Below, piece after piece: positions 43,802 to 54,778 of a DNA stretch of 64,000 nt. This DNA is from Tetramitus jugosus (taxonomy: Eukaryota; Protista; Heterolobosea). The notes beneath the pieces are model-generated. The model was not told where the DNA came from. It saw nothing but the letters and a program-made list of their open reading frames with translations, and ran no database searches. Made by a program: the position numbers and the translations under genes. The stretch is taken from contig OW569371.1 of NCBI GenBank assembly GCA_937625935.1, positions 124,001 through 188,000 of the forward strand, read 5' to 3'. Position 1 is the stretch's first letter; the number at the start of each line of letters is the position of its first letter.

Positions 43802-44547
43802 ATGAACACATCAAGTAAACTTGCTCTAGGATGGACCCTGTTCACTGGCACTCATCTCGTTATGTCACACCCACCCATTAGACAAACACTGATTGACAAG
43901 ATGGGTCGAAAAGAATTTGATGGGGTATATTCTGCTGTTGCCCTTGCAATCTTTGTTCCCATGTGTGTTACTTACTATAGGTACCGAAAGGCAGCACCTC
44001 TACCATCGAATCCCTTGGTTTGGAAGCCGTTGCCTACTGCTGGTGCGGTGGTGAACACCTTGGGTGTGCTTACGATGGCACAAGCAGTCTCAAAGCCAAG
44101 TGCAGTCATGGTCGTCCAACCTGAAGATCAAACCACAGTTGATACAAAAAAGAATCCAGAAGTTGCAGGCCTCAATCGAATCACCAGACATGGCATGTTT
44201 CTCTCCTTTGCATTGTTTGGTATTGGACAGTCACTCAAGTATCCCAGAAGGCCTGATCTCATCTTCTGGCAAGGATTCGTACTGTTGTACCTGATTGGAT
44301 CCTGGCATCAAGATGAAAGAAAGAAGAGTGAACTTCCTGCAGAGTACTTCCAGAAGACTTCTCTCCTTCCTTTCAAAGCGATTATCGAAGAAACAGCGCA
44401 TCTGCTGCATTTTCTGAAATGTCTGTTCGTGCGCTTGTGATCTCTCTGTTGATCGGTGCTGCCATTCGCTTCAAAGTCTGGAATCGATTGAAGAGATCAC
44501 CTGGAATTGCTCGCGCAGAAGTCAACCACGGAAAAGAAAAGTTTTAA
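43802..44547 (+). CDS. NnrU/Z-ISO-family membrane protein, frameshifted near 44390
   Basis: THLVMSH..IR..LI, YSAVAL, GLNRITRH, HQDER, TSLLPFKAI. The last TM helix lies in the -1 frame, which ends at 44547. Confidence 0.75.
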
Positions 44548-44619
44548 CAACCGGGGGAACATTGTAATATATTACAGTTTTGTATATATGTAATAAATGG
44601 AGATTTGCATTGGTTTGCT
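44502..44619 (+). repeat. Diverged direct repeat, copy 1 (NnrU 3' end and 3' UTR)
   Basis: TGGAATTGCTCG...GTTTTAACAACCGGGGGAACATTGTAATA...TATGTAATAAA...GATTTGCATTGGTTTGCT, matching 49217-49318. Confidence 0.85.
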
Positions 44620-44672
44620 CGTAGTAGAAATTTACTGGTCGCTTCCATATGCGGCCACAAACAAAATGATGT

Positions 44673-47600
44673 TTACAGCCACAAGAGAGATATAACAATC
44701 AAAGCAACCATCCAAATGACAGAGCGAATTGGTGACAGAGCAGAGGCTCCAGAAACTGTGCCAGGGGAGTTTGGATCAGCGCAAGTGGACTTGTACTTTG
44801 TTAGGATGCTGGAGGAAGAAGACGATGTAGAAGGATCATTGTACTTCTTGGAGTTGACAAATCTGATGGAGTCAATATACAATGTCTTCTTCTTGTCCTG
44901 ATCAGTCAACATGACCGAGAAGGTCTTGACTTGTTGAACTCCAGAGAAATTCATATCGGTCAATGGTACACGAACCCTAGACCAAGCTGTTGAATCGATC
45001 TTGTAGTTTGAAATGTATTTCTGAGTGACATCGATATGGCAGAGTTGCTTATCATTCATGTCACTCCACTCGAAGTTAATCTTTGCTTCTCCATTGGCAG
45101 TCTTGACAAAGAACTCAAAGAAATCATACTTTGAAGTGTCGATCTCAGGTGTTCCTTTGTAGCTTGGATCAGTTGGGTCGAGTTTGGCATGAGCAAGAGT
45201 GACAGCTCCGTATTGCATGTCAATCTTGAGAGAATTGGCTCCACACAATGGTTGCTCAGTGCTTGCAAAATTGGCAACAGGTTCCACTTCTCCCGCTGGC
45301 CACACAGAAACCCAAAATCCCCATGTTGGCCAACCAGGTACATCTGATCCCTCCTCATAAATTTTATAATAGGCAGATTGATCGATCTTACAAGCAGTTT
45401 GAAGAGAGGGAATGGCAGGTGGTAGAGCACATGATGAACCTGAACACATAATGCGACCCATTAACTCTCCATTTGGATTCTTCGCTGTTGAAACCTTCAC
45501 ATACAACTCACCTTTGACCAGGGAAGTCCATTCTCCGTGTGACAGCTGTACAGATGTACGAATAGGACTGTAGTAACTATTCTTCATTTCAATAGTACGT
45601 TGAGTTTCCTTTGGATTACCTTGCAACAGAACCAAACCAGTTACACTTTCGGAGAGATCATGGTGAATATTGAGTTGCAGTTCTCTTCTGTTAGGAAGGA
45701 AATATAAGTAACCAACACCACTACCACTGCCCTCTACCTTGCCAGGCATTTGGCACATTTGAAGATCTGCTTGATAAGTATTCTCAGTGGTAGACACTTG
45801 AGATGGGATAGCAACCTTATTAGAGCTGAGAGAGCACTTTGTACATGATGCCGTGACGGTAACACTAATACCATTGAAGTTGTAATCGACAAATCCCCAG
45901 CGTTCAGTGTAAAGAGTGTCCCAAGTATTAAGTTGATTATTCTCAAACTTCAAATAGAGGTGTTCTCCAGTTGTGTCATAGTAGTAAGTATTATATTCCA
46001 CATCACCCAGCTTAGTAACTTGAGTCAATGGAGAAGGAGTTCCTCCATATCTGGCAGATGTAATTGTAAATGGAAGAGCGCTCTTAGGGTATGGAATAGC
46101 AAGTATAATCCAATCTCCAATAGCAGCATTGTCCATTCTGATCAATAAGTTCTTAGGAGTTGGTGTATTACCTCTGTATCTAACCGTGTAGCCTGTTCTA
46201 GCTCTGATGTTACCTTCCAATTGGAACTTGCTTGAGCTCGTATATCGTCCAAAGAGATCTCTCTTTTCATCCTGGGATCCTAACTTGTAATAAGAAGCCT
46301 TGATTGCGTCTTCATCCTTATACGTAGCAGAATAATCGATACCATCAACACCTGTGTGGTCAGTTGTATCAGCATTTATATCTGTGACAACTAATTGAAC
46401 AAATCCTTCGCCAAAGTATGGACAAGAGTATCCGTTCCATTCTGGTTTAACTGTACACTTCTTGGATGTCATGAGATCGTTATTTGAAACATACCATCCT
46501 CCAGCAACACCCAAAGAGTCCCTGCCCACAACTGATCCATCCAAATCATGAATACCACAGTGGAATGGATTATCTCCGTTCACATCTGTGGTTGATACAT
46601 ATGCCTTGTTGGCATTGTCAAACTTCAAACCAACATATCTGTTTCTCGTATGATGAACGAATGGACCGTTGTTTAAGCTTCCAAGCGCACCAGCAGGTCT
46701 CACACCATCTGACACAAAGTTTTTGAATGTAACATTTCGGACATATTGAGGACCGAAATTATCATAGGTCTCTACACCTTTGATCAATGTTTCCACACTC
46801 CATTGGTAAGGTCTAGAGCGACCTCTCTCTCCATCTAAAATGGCAATACCAACATTGTCTGTTTCTCCAATGACTAATGAGTCCTCGAGGTAGGATGGTC
46901 CTGGAACAGCATTAAAACCATTCAAATTATCCAACAGGACAAAGTTTGAAAATTTCAATGGGCCGCCTCTCGACCATGATCCATACCTTCTGTTCTTGTA
47001 ACTTACAAAGTTTGTGAAATGAGCATCAACCATATCTAACTCCCAAAGTTCCTTTGTCTGTCCAGCATCATTGTTATAAGGTGGTACTCTAGGAGTATAG
47101 GAAGCCATACTCAGTGTTTCATCAGGATTCAACATGTCATCAATATGCAAACCATTCTCAAAGCAAGAATGAGCCACATTGCTATCGAATTTGCCCAATG
47201 GAGTCATTCTTGGCTTCACATAAGGATCAGTTTTTGAGTATCTATCAGTACTCATACCAACAGGGCTCTCACCCATGGAGAACCAATACCCAAACACAGC
47301 ACCAACAGCTGCATTGTTCGTAAATGTATTGTTAGGGTTGGTAATCCAAAAGACAGATGATTGAGTATCACTTGGGATCAGTCTCAACCCGCCTTCACTA
47401 TCAACTGACTTGACCTTGATACCGAGGTTGTGATCAAATGTATTGGCTCTCTCACCACCGTCCTCCAAAAAGTAGCAATGACCATACACATCGAATGCCA
47501 CATTATTCTCAACCAAAATTCCATTAGAGTCATGAATGGCAACACAACGTTGGAAACTTTGACGAATAGAACTGTCTCTGACATAGAAGCCTCTGCCGGA

Positions 47601-48578
47601 CATGTCACCTTCCAAATGGAAGTGAACTGAATAACGACCCATGATACCCGATTGACCCATGTTGTACAATTCGATACCTGACAACTTGACTGTCTGAGCA
47701 GCACGAATAATGATGTGACCTCCGAATCGATCAGCTGCACCCACATCATCACTCTTGAGCAAGATTCTACGGTTCAGCAAACCGACTTCAGCTTTCTCGA
47801 AACCCTCACCCCAATGAGTGTACAACAGATTGGATGTCAGAGTGACAGTGTTGCCACTGACTGATTTAATCACTGCTTCTTCATGCTGATCTGGCACAAT
47901 TCCTCTTCCTCTCAGATATTGCAAGGATGGAGGCAGGTCGGAGTCCCATCTATACATTGAGTGATAATCCGTGCTGGCAATCACAATCGAATCTCCAGGT
48001 TGCCACAATCCAGCTACAGATTGATCCAAAACAATTTGGTTGGAGTCCTTGAGTGCGGTAGAGGACAGTCTTGTCCATGTCAATCTCTTACTGTTCACCT
48101 TTCCGTGCATCTCAATGTGTCCGTTAGTGACAACTGAGATACCCTTGGAACCGAGTGGACCACTGTCACTTGGATCATTGCCCATATCACTGGCCGTGGT
48201 TCTTGCACCATAGAAAATGAGTTGAATCTTGTTTACGATTGGACAATCTTCAGATCCAATCAATAACTTTCCTCCAGCGTTGACTCGCATCCAATGGAAG
48301 CGAAATTCAGTGTTACTATCATCAAACACAAGTTCTCCATCGATTACAATACTGTTGAGAACAGTTGTGTTTGTGAGATCCATTAGGACTCTTTTACCTT
48401 GAGGAATCACGACATTGGCTCCCTCAGTGTTCCACGCTGCTCCTCCCAACACTGACCACTTGTCCGTAAAGGAAGCTTGTTGACAGGCGGCGTCAACAGT
48501 CAATACGGCGGAAAAAATACATTGGAGAAATAGTAGCACTCCACACAATAATAATGAATGACTGATGTTAGCAGTCAT
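44673..48578 (-). CDS. Secreted/GPI-anchored G8 + beta-helix (TMEM2/CEMIP-like) protein with CHRD-like domain
   Basis: Signal peptide. G8 domain (VVIPQG..VLMD..IVIDGELVF..GGKLLIGSEDCP). AEVGLLNR, MGQSGIMGRYSVHFH, RCVAIH, GHCYFLEDG, FWITNPNN. CHRD-like GELYVKVSTAKNPNGELMGRI. Hydrophobic C-terminus after SGASA. Confidence 0.9.
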   Translation of the reverse strand: MTANISHSLLLCGVLLFLQCIFSAVLTVDAACQQASFTDKWSVLGGAAWNTEGANVVIPQGKRVLMDLTNTTVLNSIVIDGELVFDDSNTEFRFHWMRVNAGGKLLIGSEDCPIVNKIQLIFYGARTTASDMGNDPSDSGPLGSKGISVVTNGHIEMHGKVNSKRLTWTRLSSTALKDSNQIVLDQSVAGLWQPGDSIVIASTDYHSMYRWDSDLPPSLQYLRGRGIVPDQHEEAVIKSVSGNTVTLTSNLLYTHWGEGFEKAEVGLLNRRILLKSDDVGAADRFGGHIIIRAAQTVKLSGIELYNMGQSGIMGRYSVHFHLEGDMSGRGFYVRDSSIRQSFQRCVAIHDSNGILVENNVAFDVYGHCYFLEDGGERANTFDHNLGIKVKSVDSEGGLRLIPSDTQSSVFWITNPNNTFTNNAAVGAVFGYWFSMGESPVGMSTDRYSKTDPYVKPRMTPLGKFDSNVAHSCFENGLHIDDMLNPDETLSMASYTPRVPPYNNDAGQTKELWELDMVDAHFTNFVSYKNRRYGSWSRGGPLKFSNFVLLDNLNGFNAVPGPSYLEDSLVIGETDNVGIAILDGERGRSRPYQWSVETLIKGVETYDNFGPQYVRNVTFKNFVSDGVRPAGALGSLNNGPFVHHTRNRYVGLKFDNANKAYVSTTDVNGDNPFHCGIHDLDGSVVGRDSLGVAGGWYVSNNDLMTSKKCTVKPEWNGYSCPYFGEGFVQLVVTDINADTTDHTGVDGIDYSATYKDEDAIKASYYKLGSQDEKRDLFGRYTSSSKFQLEGNIRARTGYTVRYRGNTPTPKNLLIRMDNAAIGDWIILAIPYPKSALPFTITSARYGGTPSPLTQVTKLGDVEYNTYYYDTTGEHLYLKFENNQLNTWDTLYTERWGFVDYNFNGISVTVTASCTKCSLSSNKVAIPSQVSTTENTYQADLQMCQMPGKVEGSGSGVGYLYFLPNRRELQLNIHHDLSESVTGLVLLQGNPKETQRTIEMKNSYYSPIRTSVQLSHGEWTSLVKGELYVKVSTAKNPNGELMGRIMCSGSSCALPPAIPSLQTACKIDQSAYYKIYEEGSDVPGWPTWGFWVSVWPAGEVEPVANFASTEQPLCGANSLKIDMQYGAVTLAHAKLDPTDPSYKGTPEIDTSKYDFFEFFVKTANGEAKINFEWSDMNDKQLCHIDVTQKYISNYKIDSTAWSRVRVPLTDMNFSGVQQVKTFSVMLTDQDKKKTLYIDSIRFVNSKKYNDPSTSSSSSSILTKYKSTCADPNSPGTVSGASALSPIRSVIWMVALIVISLLWL

Positions 48579-49216
48579 TTTCTACAAGGCCAACGAGTGT
48601 TTGATTTTATGTTTTTGTGAGTGAGATTTTGTGTAGTCGTCTATTTGATGTTTGTTCACCCCCGTGTGATTCATTCAGAATATGACGGTTGAGAAGATGG
48701 GTGACGCATGTGGTCGTTTCGTCGCATGACTTGTGAGAGGGTTATCGGGAAACCTAAGGTATGTGATTGTTCTATTTGCTAATTTCTTCAAGCTGATCCG
48801 TGTACCTTCAGCCTCAAGTGATACACAAGAATGATCAAAAGACCACTGCCGGACATAATGTTCGAAAATTCTGATAACTCAACTTCCTCAAGAGCTCAGA
48901 GCTTCGCCGGCATAATTAGGGATCAGTTTCGTCCCAAATCAGAGGGCACTGTTGGAACTTGTCAACGTTTGGATCTCATTTCGATGAAATTACTGAATGA
49001 TAAGCAGCATTAAGCTTAAGAATTTTGATCACCTGACAATGGCCAACCTCCGTACACATAATCCCTCGCTATGATATGTAATATGGCAAATGGTCCAACA
49101 ACTGTCTCAATTCTAGCTATTTGAATAGAAGGATAAATGTTGAAACAGTGGAAGCTTACTGATGTCAAGCTCATAATTCCATTGGATACGACCCACATCT
49201 TCTACATTTTCTGCAA

Positions 49217-49318
49217 TGGAATTGCTCGTAACAAACGAAACGTTTTAACAACCGGGGAAAATTGTAATAGCATAATTTTGTAAATATGTAATAAAATGTG
49301 GATTTGTATTGATTTGCT
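49217..49318 (+). repeat. Diverged direct repeat, copy 2
   Basis: TGGAATTGCTCG...GTTTTAACAACCGGGGAAAATTGTAATA...TATGTAATAAA...GATTTGTATTGATTTGCT. Confidence 0.85.
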
Positions 49319-49484
49319 GAACATTCTTTGTGTCCCTTCTCTCAAATACCCTGTACCGGTTTGATCAAAATGTTGTCAAGAGATTTGAGGGACCTCATTG
49401 GAATGATTACTCACTGGCCATGAAAGAAATATTGTTGTTGTTGTTGTTATTATTGTTATGATGATATTAAAAGAAAAGAGATGA

Positions 49485-50033
49485 TTATTGTTGTTGTTCA
49501 CCACCGCTCACAGCTTGTTGATTTCTGATTGGCAATCTGTCAGTTGGCAAGTTTGGATACTCAGTTTGGATGTCCCATGGCTTATATGGATTTCTTCTAA
49601 TCTTCTTTTGAAGCATGAACAGACCATAGACATAGGCTTCAGCAGTAGGTGGGCAACCAGGCACGTACACATCAACAGGAACGACTTGATCACAACCTCT
49701 GACAACAGCATAGGAATAATGATAGTAACCACCACCATTGGCACAACTTCCCATCGAAACGACATAACGTGGCTCAGACATTTGATCGTACACTTTACGC
49801 AAAGCAGGTGCCATCTTGTTGGTCAATGTACCGGCAACGATCATGGCATCAGATTGACGAGGTGTAGGACGGAAAATAATACCATATCTATCCAAATCGT
49901 AACGCGAAGCGGAACCGTGCATCATTTCGACAGCACAACATGCCAAACCAAAGGTCACTGGCCATAGTGAGTTGGTTCTGGCCCATGCAAAAAGTTGATG
50001 AACAGGACTCTTAATATATTCCAAACCTGGCAT
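49485..50033 (-). CDS. NDUFS7: Complex I PSST subunit (Nad10/NuoB)
   Basis: [67 protein letters not shown]. Confidence 0.96.
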   Translation of the reverse strand: MPGLEYIKSPVHQLFAWARTNSLWPVTFGLACCAVEMMHGSASRYDLDRYGIIFRPTPRQSDAMIVAGTLTNKMAPALRKVYDQMSEPRYVVSMGSCANGGGYYHYSYAVVRGCDQVVPVDVYVPGCPPTAEAYVYGLFMLQKKIRRNPYKPWDIQTEYPNLPTDRLPIRNQQAVSGGEQQQ

Positions 50034-50394
50034 TTTTTTTGTTTTTGTTTGATGTTGATTATTCCAATAAGAATAGTTGTTGTTGGATGAAAAAATGAGT
50101 TTTGTTTTTTTTGTGGTTCCAAGGCTAGCGGGGAAAATTTGCGTGAATTGTAATCGACAAGAAAAAACAAGAAATCTCCGATGTAACAATATCACAGGAC
50201 AATCGAGGGCGCCATGAGTGATCTCCTCGATAGTGAGATGCAAAATCATTACTATTCGGGATAAGATTCTTGTTGAACTTGGTTGAGTGGACCTCTCCTT
50301 TGCTTTGATTTTGGCGCCTCTTTTTTTTTCCGATCCAACTACAAACTGTCGGTTAGTTTTCCGCGCAACAATTTGTTCAAACCTTCACTAAGAA

Positions 50395-52218
50395 ATGATC
50401 GATTTGACAACCGAGGATAACCCTCAATTTCTCTTTGAAAAAGCAAAGGCTTACCTTCAGAAAACGGATGAAAATGGCACTTCGGTCTATGACTTGCTTA
50501 CTCATGCCATACTCTACATACAGAATGAACAAGGTCTGGATCTGAAGAATTTGGATTTTGAGAAGCTCATTCACAATTTGAATCAAGATTTGTTCAAGAA
50601 TGACAACTTTGTCAAACCAAGGACCTACGAGACACTATGGGAAAGAAATGAGCCCCCAGAGCAGGACACGAGGAGAGCCAGCACTACTAGGACGCTCCTA
50701 AAAAAGCAAATGACGAATGCTCGAGGTATTAGAAATAGATACGAAGATGAACAGGAGAAAAAGAGAATAGAAGCCGAGCTGAGGGCAAAAGAGCTCGCAG
50801 AGAGCGGAGAACAAGAAGAGGAGGAAGAAGAAGAGGAAGAAAACATCATAGCGGCTCGTAGCTATATTCACTCGAATGTACAAGGTATTACCAATGTTAT
50901 GGAAGATTCTTTTTGGTTCAATGTGATGGGTGTGGGTTTAACTTCCGAAGAGACATATAAGCTTGCATTGGCGATGAACATTTTGAAGAAAGAGCAAAAT
51001 TTGGATCGCTTGAGATTCTTTGGAAAGATAACTGGGTCGAATATGAATTATATCATCGTAGAATCGGAGCATAAACCATTACCAGAATCGGTCAGTAAAC
51101 ATCTGAAGCAGGGACTGTTTATCACTCCAAAGGTGAAGTACGATGAAAAGAATATGAATAGTATACCGGCTGAGGATGGAGGCGAAGGAACAAATCGATT
51201 CACGTATTGGGTTTGTAATAATATTGGAGACTCTTGGACTCAGTTACCAGATGTTACTCCTCAGCAGATTGTAGGAGCGCGATCTATCAGAAAGAAGTTC
51301 ACAGGAGATTTAATCCAACGAATTAACTCGTATCCTCCTTTTCCAGGAAATGAAGCTAATTATTTGAGAGCTCAAATATCGAGAATTGTATCATCCACGC
51401 TTGTATCTCCATCGATATTTGCAGAGTTTGAAATACCAGAACCCGAAGAGGAGGACGAAGATGAAAAGAACAAGAAACCTATTCCAAAATATCCTCAGTT
51501 CCAACTGAAAGCTTTAGAAGAAAGAGAGCTTCCAATGAAAGAGTTTTTGAACTTGGAGAATTGGCAACACTTGGGTCAGCATATCCGTTCGATTGGAAGA
51601 TGCACCAAGTACAAACCACCAAAGGAAAACGAGGAAGATGAGGAGGACGAGGAAGAAGAAGAAAGTCCTGACAACGTTGAAAAACTAAAAACCCTGAAAG
51701 AGGATACTGCAATGATTCTCCCTGGGATGAAAAGGGTGAAGAAAAAGAAGGCTAAGACTTCAGAGGAAGATGAAGAGGAGGAGGGAGAGGAAGAAAGCGA
51801 GGAGGAAGAAGAGAACGATGAAGAAAATCCTGACGCAAAGAATTGGAAACAAACAACAAAGATTGCTCCGTGGGTCATTCGACAATACAATACTCTCTTC
51901 AGTAAGCAATATTCTGTGATTGGTTTAAGGAGTGTAAGATGGCCAGGAGCATATGCTTTTTGCGTCAAGAATGGCGCTAAATTCAGCAATATTTACATAG
52001 GAAATGGTTTGAAGGAGACATTTGGATCATTCACACCTGTAATGCCACCATCGGTACTCAGTGAAGCAAATGATCCTGAGGAGAAGAAAGATCCAAGTGC
52101 ACGTAACGAGAAGAGAGTTCTAGCAGGGGATGAACCATTGGATGAAGATGCCCAGGACGACGACGCCAAAACGAATACAGAAGATGATGTGTCAGACGAG
52201 GAAGACGAGGACGATTAA
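50395..52218 (+). CDS. RSPH4A: Radial spoke head protein 4/6 family
   Basis: AKAYLQK...SVYDLL, RFFGKI, GTNRFTYWVCN...WTQLPDVTPQQI..AR.I.KKFTG, PPFPGNEANYLRAQISRI, RSVRWPGA...NIYIGNG. Confidence 0.92.
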   Translation: MIDLTTEDNPQFLFEKAKAYLQKTDENGTSVYDLLTHAILYIQNEQGLDLKNLDFEKLIHNLNQDLFKNDNFVKPRTYETLWERNEPPEQDTRRASTTRTLLKKQMTNARGIRNRYEDEQEKKRIEAELRAKELAESGEQEEEEEEEEENIIAARSYIHSNVQGITNVMEDSFWFNVMGVGLTSEETYKLALAMNILKKEQNLDRLRFFGKITGSNMNYIIVESEHKPLPESVSKHLKQGLFITPKVKYDEKNMNSIPAEDGGEGTNRFTYWVCNNIGDSWTQLPDVTPQQIVGARSIRKKFTGDLIQRINSYPPFPGNEANYLRAQISRIVSSTLVSPSIFAEFEIPEPEEEDEDEKNKKPIPKYPQFQLKALEERELPMKEFLNLENWQHLGQHIRSIGRCTKYKPPKENEEDEEDEEEEESPDNVEKLKTLKEDTAMILPGMKRVKKKKAKTSEEDEEEEGEEESEEEEENDEENPDAKNWKQTTKIAPWVIRQYNTLFSKQYSVIGLRSVRWPGAYAFCVKNGAKFSNIYIGNGLKETFGSFTPVMPPSVLSEANDPEEKKDPSARNEKRVLAGDEPLDEDAQDDDAKTNTEDDVSDEEDEDD

Positions 52219-52404
52219 GGAACACAACGTTCAATAGGTTACTAAGGAAAGTCCACATGTTGTAAGTTGGATCATACTGGACTACCGTTTTCAGTACATT
52301 CTCTCCGTTATTGTTTCGACCACCGAAGAGAACTAATCGCCAGCTGCAACATTCAAGCCTATGGTGCTATTAATATGTTAAAAATATTTTAATTGGTCAA
52401 AAAA

Positions 52405-54622
52405 TTACAACTCGTCGTGCTCAATTGGTTGGTCATCAGCAGAGGCAGAGTCATCGAAGCCAAATGCTGAGCTTGGATCTTCTTCATCATCGCTCTTACC
52501 TTCACCGCCATAGAGCTTGGACATGATTGGGTCGACAACCTTTCTCAAACTCTTCAATGCCTTTTCAATGGATTCCTTGTTGGCCTTGCTTCCCTTGGAA
52601 TTCAACCAGTTAACAGTGCTCTTGACCTTTTCGGTGATGGCATTCTTGTCCTGGGACTTCAACTTTTGGCTAACTTCCTTTCTGCCGAGTTGAGTCTTGA
52701 TGCTTTCAACATAGGATGTCAACTTTGAAGTTGCTTCTTGTCTTTCCATGAATTCTTCGTCTTCCTTTTGGTTTTGTTCAGCATTTGCAGTCATTTCATC
52801 AATCTCATCAGCACTCAAAGTACTCTTCTTGATCTCAATCTCGACAGACTTCTTGGTTGCCTGATCTTGTGCAACAACCTTCAAGATACCGTTTTGATCC
52901 AACTCAAAGGTAACCTTGATCTTTGGAACACCTCTTGGTGCAGGTGGAATGTCAGTCATCATCAACTCACCGAGCAATCTGTTGTACTTGGTCATCTTAC
53001 GTTCACCCTCATAAACAGGGATGGACAATCTGTCTTGGTAGTCAGCAGTTGTGGTAAATGTGTCGGACATGGATGCTGGGATAGGAGTGTTTCTTGGAAT
53101 AATAGTTGCCATCACACCGCCAGAGGTCTCAATACCCAAACTCAATGGAGTAACATCAATCAAGACAACGTCCTTGTCGGTGATGGTACGGGCCAAAACA
53201 GCGGCTTGAACAGCAGCACCATAGGCAACAGCCTCATCAGGATTGATCTTATCGTGCAACTCCTTGCCATCAAAGAACTTTGTCAACAATTCTCTAACCT
53301 TTGGAATACGAGTGGAACCACCGACGAGAATAATCTCATCAATGTCAGTCTTCTCCAAGTTGGAATCAGACAAGACACGCTTCACAGGATCAAGAGTCTT
53401 TTGGAAGAGATCCATGTTGACCTTTTCGAACTGAGCACGAGTAACACGCTCAGAAAAGTCAATACCTTCAAACAAGCTCTCAATTTCAACCATTGTCTCA
53501 GTTTCATAACTCAGAGTTCTCTTGGCATTCTCAGCAGCACCCTTCAACTTTTGGAAGCTTCTCATATCCTTTCTAAATTTCTCCTCGTCCATTCCAGGGT
53601 TCTTCTTCTTGAATTGTGCAACAAGGTGCTCCACAAGTCTCAAATCAAAGTCCTCACCACCCAAGTGAGTATCACCACTGGTGGCAATCACTTCAAACAC
53701 ACCATTGTCAATGGTCAACAAACTGACATCAAATGTACCACCACCCAAATCGAACACCAACACATTTTCTTCCTTCTTCTTGTAGAGACCATAGGCCATA
53801 GCGGCAGCAGTTGGTTCATTCACAATTCTAACAACGTTCAATCCAGCAATCTTTCCAGCGTCCTTTGTAGCTTGACGTTGTTGATCGTTAAAGTAGGCAG
53901 GAACAGTGACGACAGCGTGCTTCACCTTTTGATCCAAGTACTTTTCAGCAATTTGCTTCATACGGATGAGAACCATGGCACTGACTTCTTCAGGTGAAAA
54001 AATCTTTTCGACAGAGTCTTCGGCTTGAGCCTTGACATAGACTCTACCGTCCTTGTTGGCCAAGTCATAGGAGAAGAGCTTTGCGTCCTTTCTGAGCACT
54101 TCTTTGTAACGGCGACCAATGAGACGCTTGACATCGTATAGAGTGTTCTTTGGGTTGAATGGAGCATTGTTCTTTGCTGATTCACCAATAAGCTTTTCAC
54201 CAGTGGTGGTTGACCAGGAGACAACAGAAGGTGTAATTCTGTTACCTTGTTCGTTTGGAATAATTTCAACATTGCCATCACTGTTGATTGTAAAAAAAAT
54301 GGAAATTGTAAAGCAATCGTTCAAACGTGTGCGTGTTAGCTTTAGAGGCAAGAAAAAAAAAGAATGGATCAAAAAAAATGGCGCCAACCATTCAAGAAAA
54401 AAAAACATACCGATAAATAGCAACACAAGAGTAAGTAGTACCAAGATCGATACCAATCACAGGTCCATCAAAAGTTCCACCAATTGTGCTGGTAACTGCT
54501 TCCTTTCTTCCAGTAGCTTTTGCTTCCTTGGTTTCTTCATCGTCAGATGAGGCCTTCACACTGACGAAGATAAAAATTGCACATAATAGTGCAGCGAATA
54601 AAATTGTCTTCCACTTGTTCAT
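52405..54622 (-). CDS. HSPA5: ER Hsp70 BiP/GRP78
   Basis: Signal peptide, [34 protein letters not shown] and C-terminal HDEL. Intron 54410-54281. Confidence 0.95.
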
Positions 54623-54696
54623 GGTGAAAATAAATGAACTACTGGTGATGATCTGATTTGTTTTTTTTTTCTGCTATGTGGAATTTGAACGCTGTG

Positions 54697-54778
54697 TGAC
54701 GTCGCTTTTGTCGGCAAAAATTTCTTTCGTTGTGAATTCATGAAGGTTCAACGAATCGGACATGTGGAGAACACGTCA
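54697..54778 (-). promoter_or_regulatory. UPRE/bZIP-like elements upstream of BiP
   Basis: TGACGTC at 54697 and ACACGTCA (TGACGTGT on the sense strand) at 54771, 75-155 bp upstream of the ATG. Confidence 0.4.

Noticed and set aside
48831-49198. Two 60-aa ORFs upstream of the G8 gene
   Set aside because: No recognisable motif or transposase similarity, and the length is within chance expectation.
52738-53997. 419-aa antisense ORF over BiP
   Set aside because: Long antisense ORFs are a known by-product of codon bias in Hsp70 genes; no independent motifs or signals.
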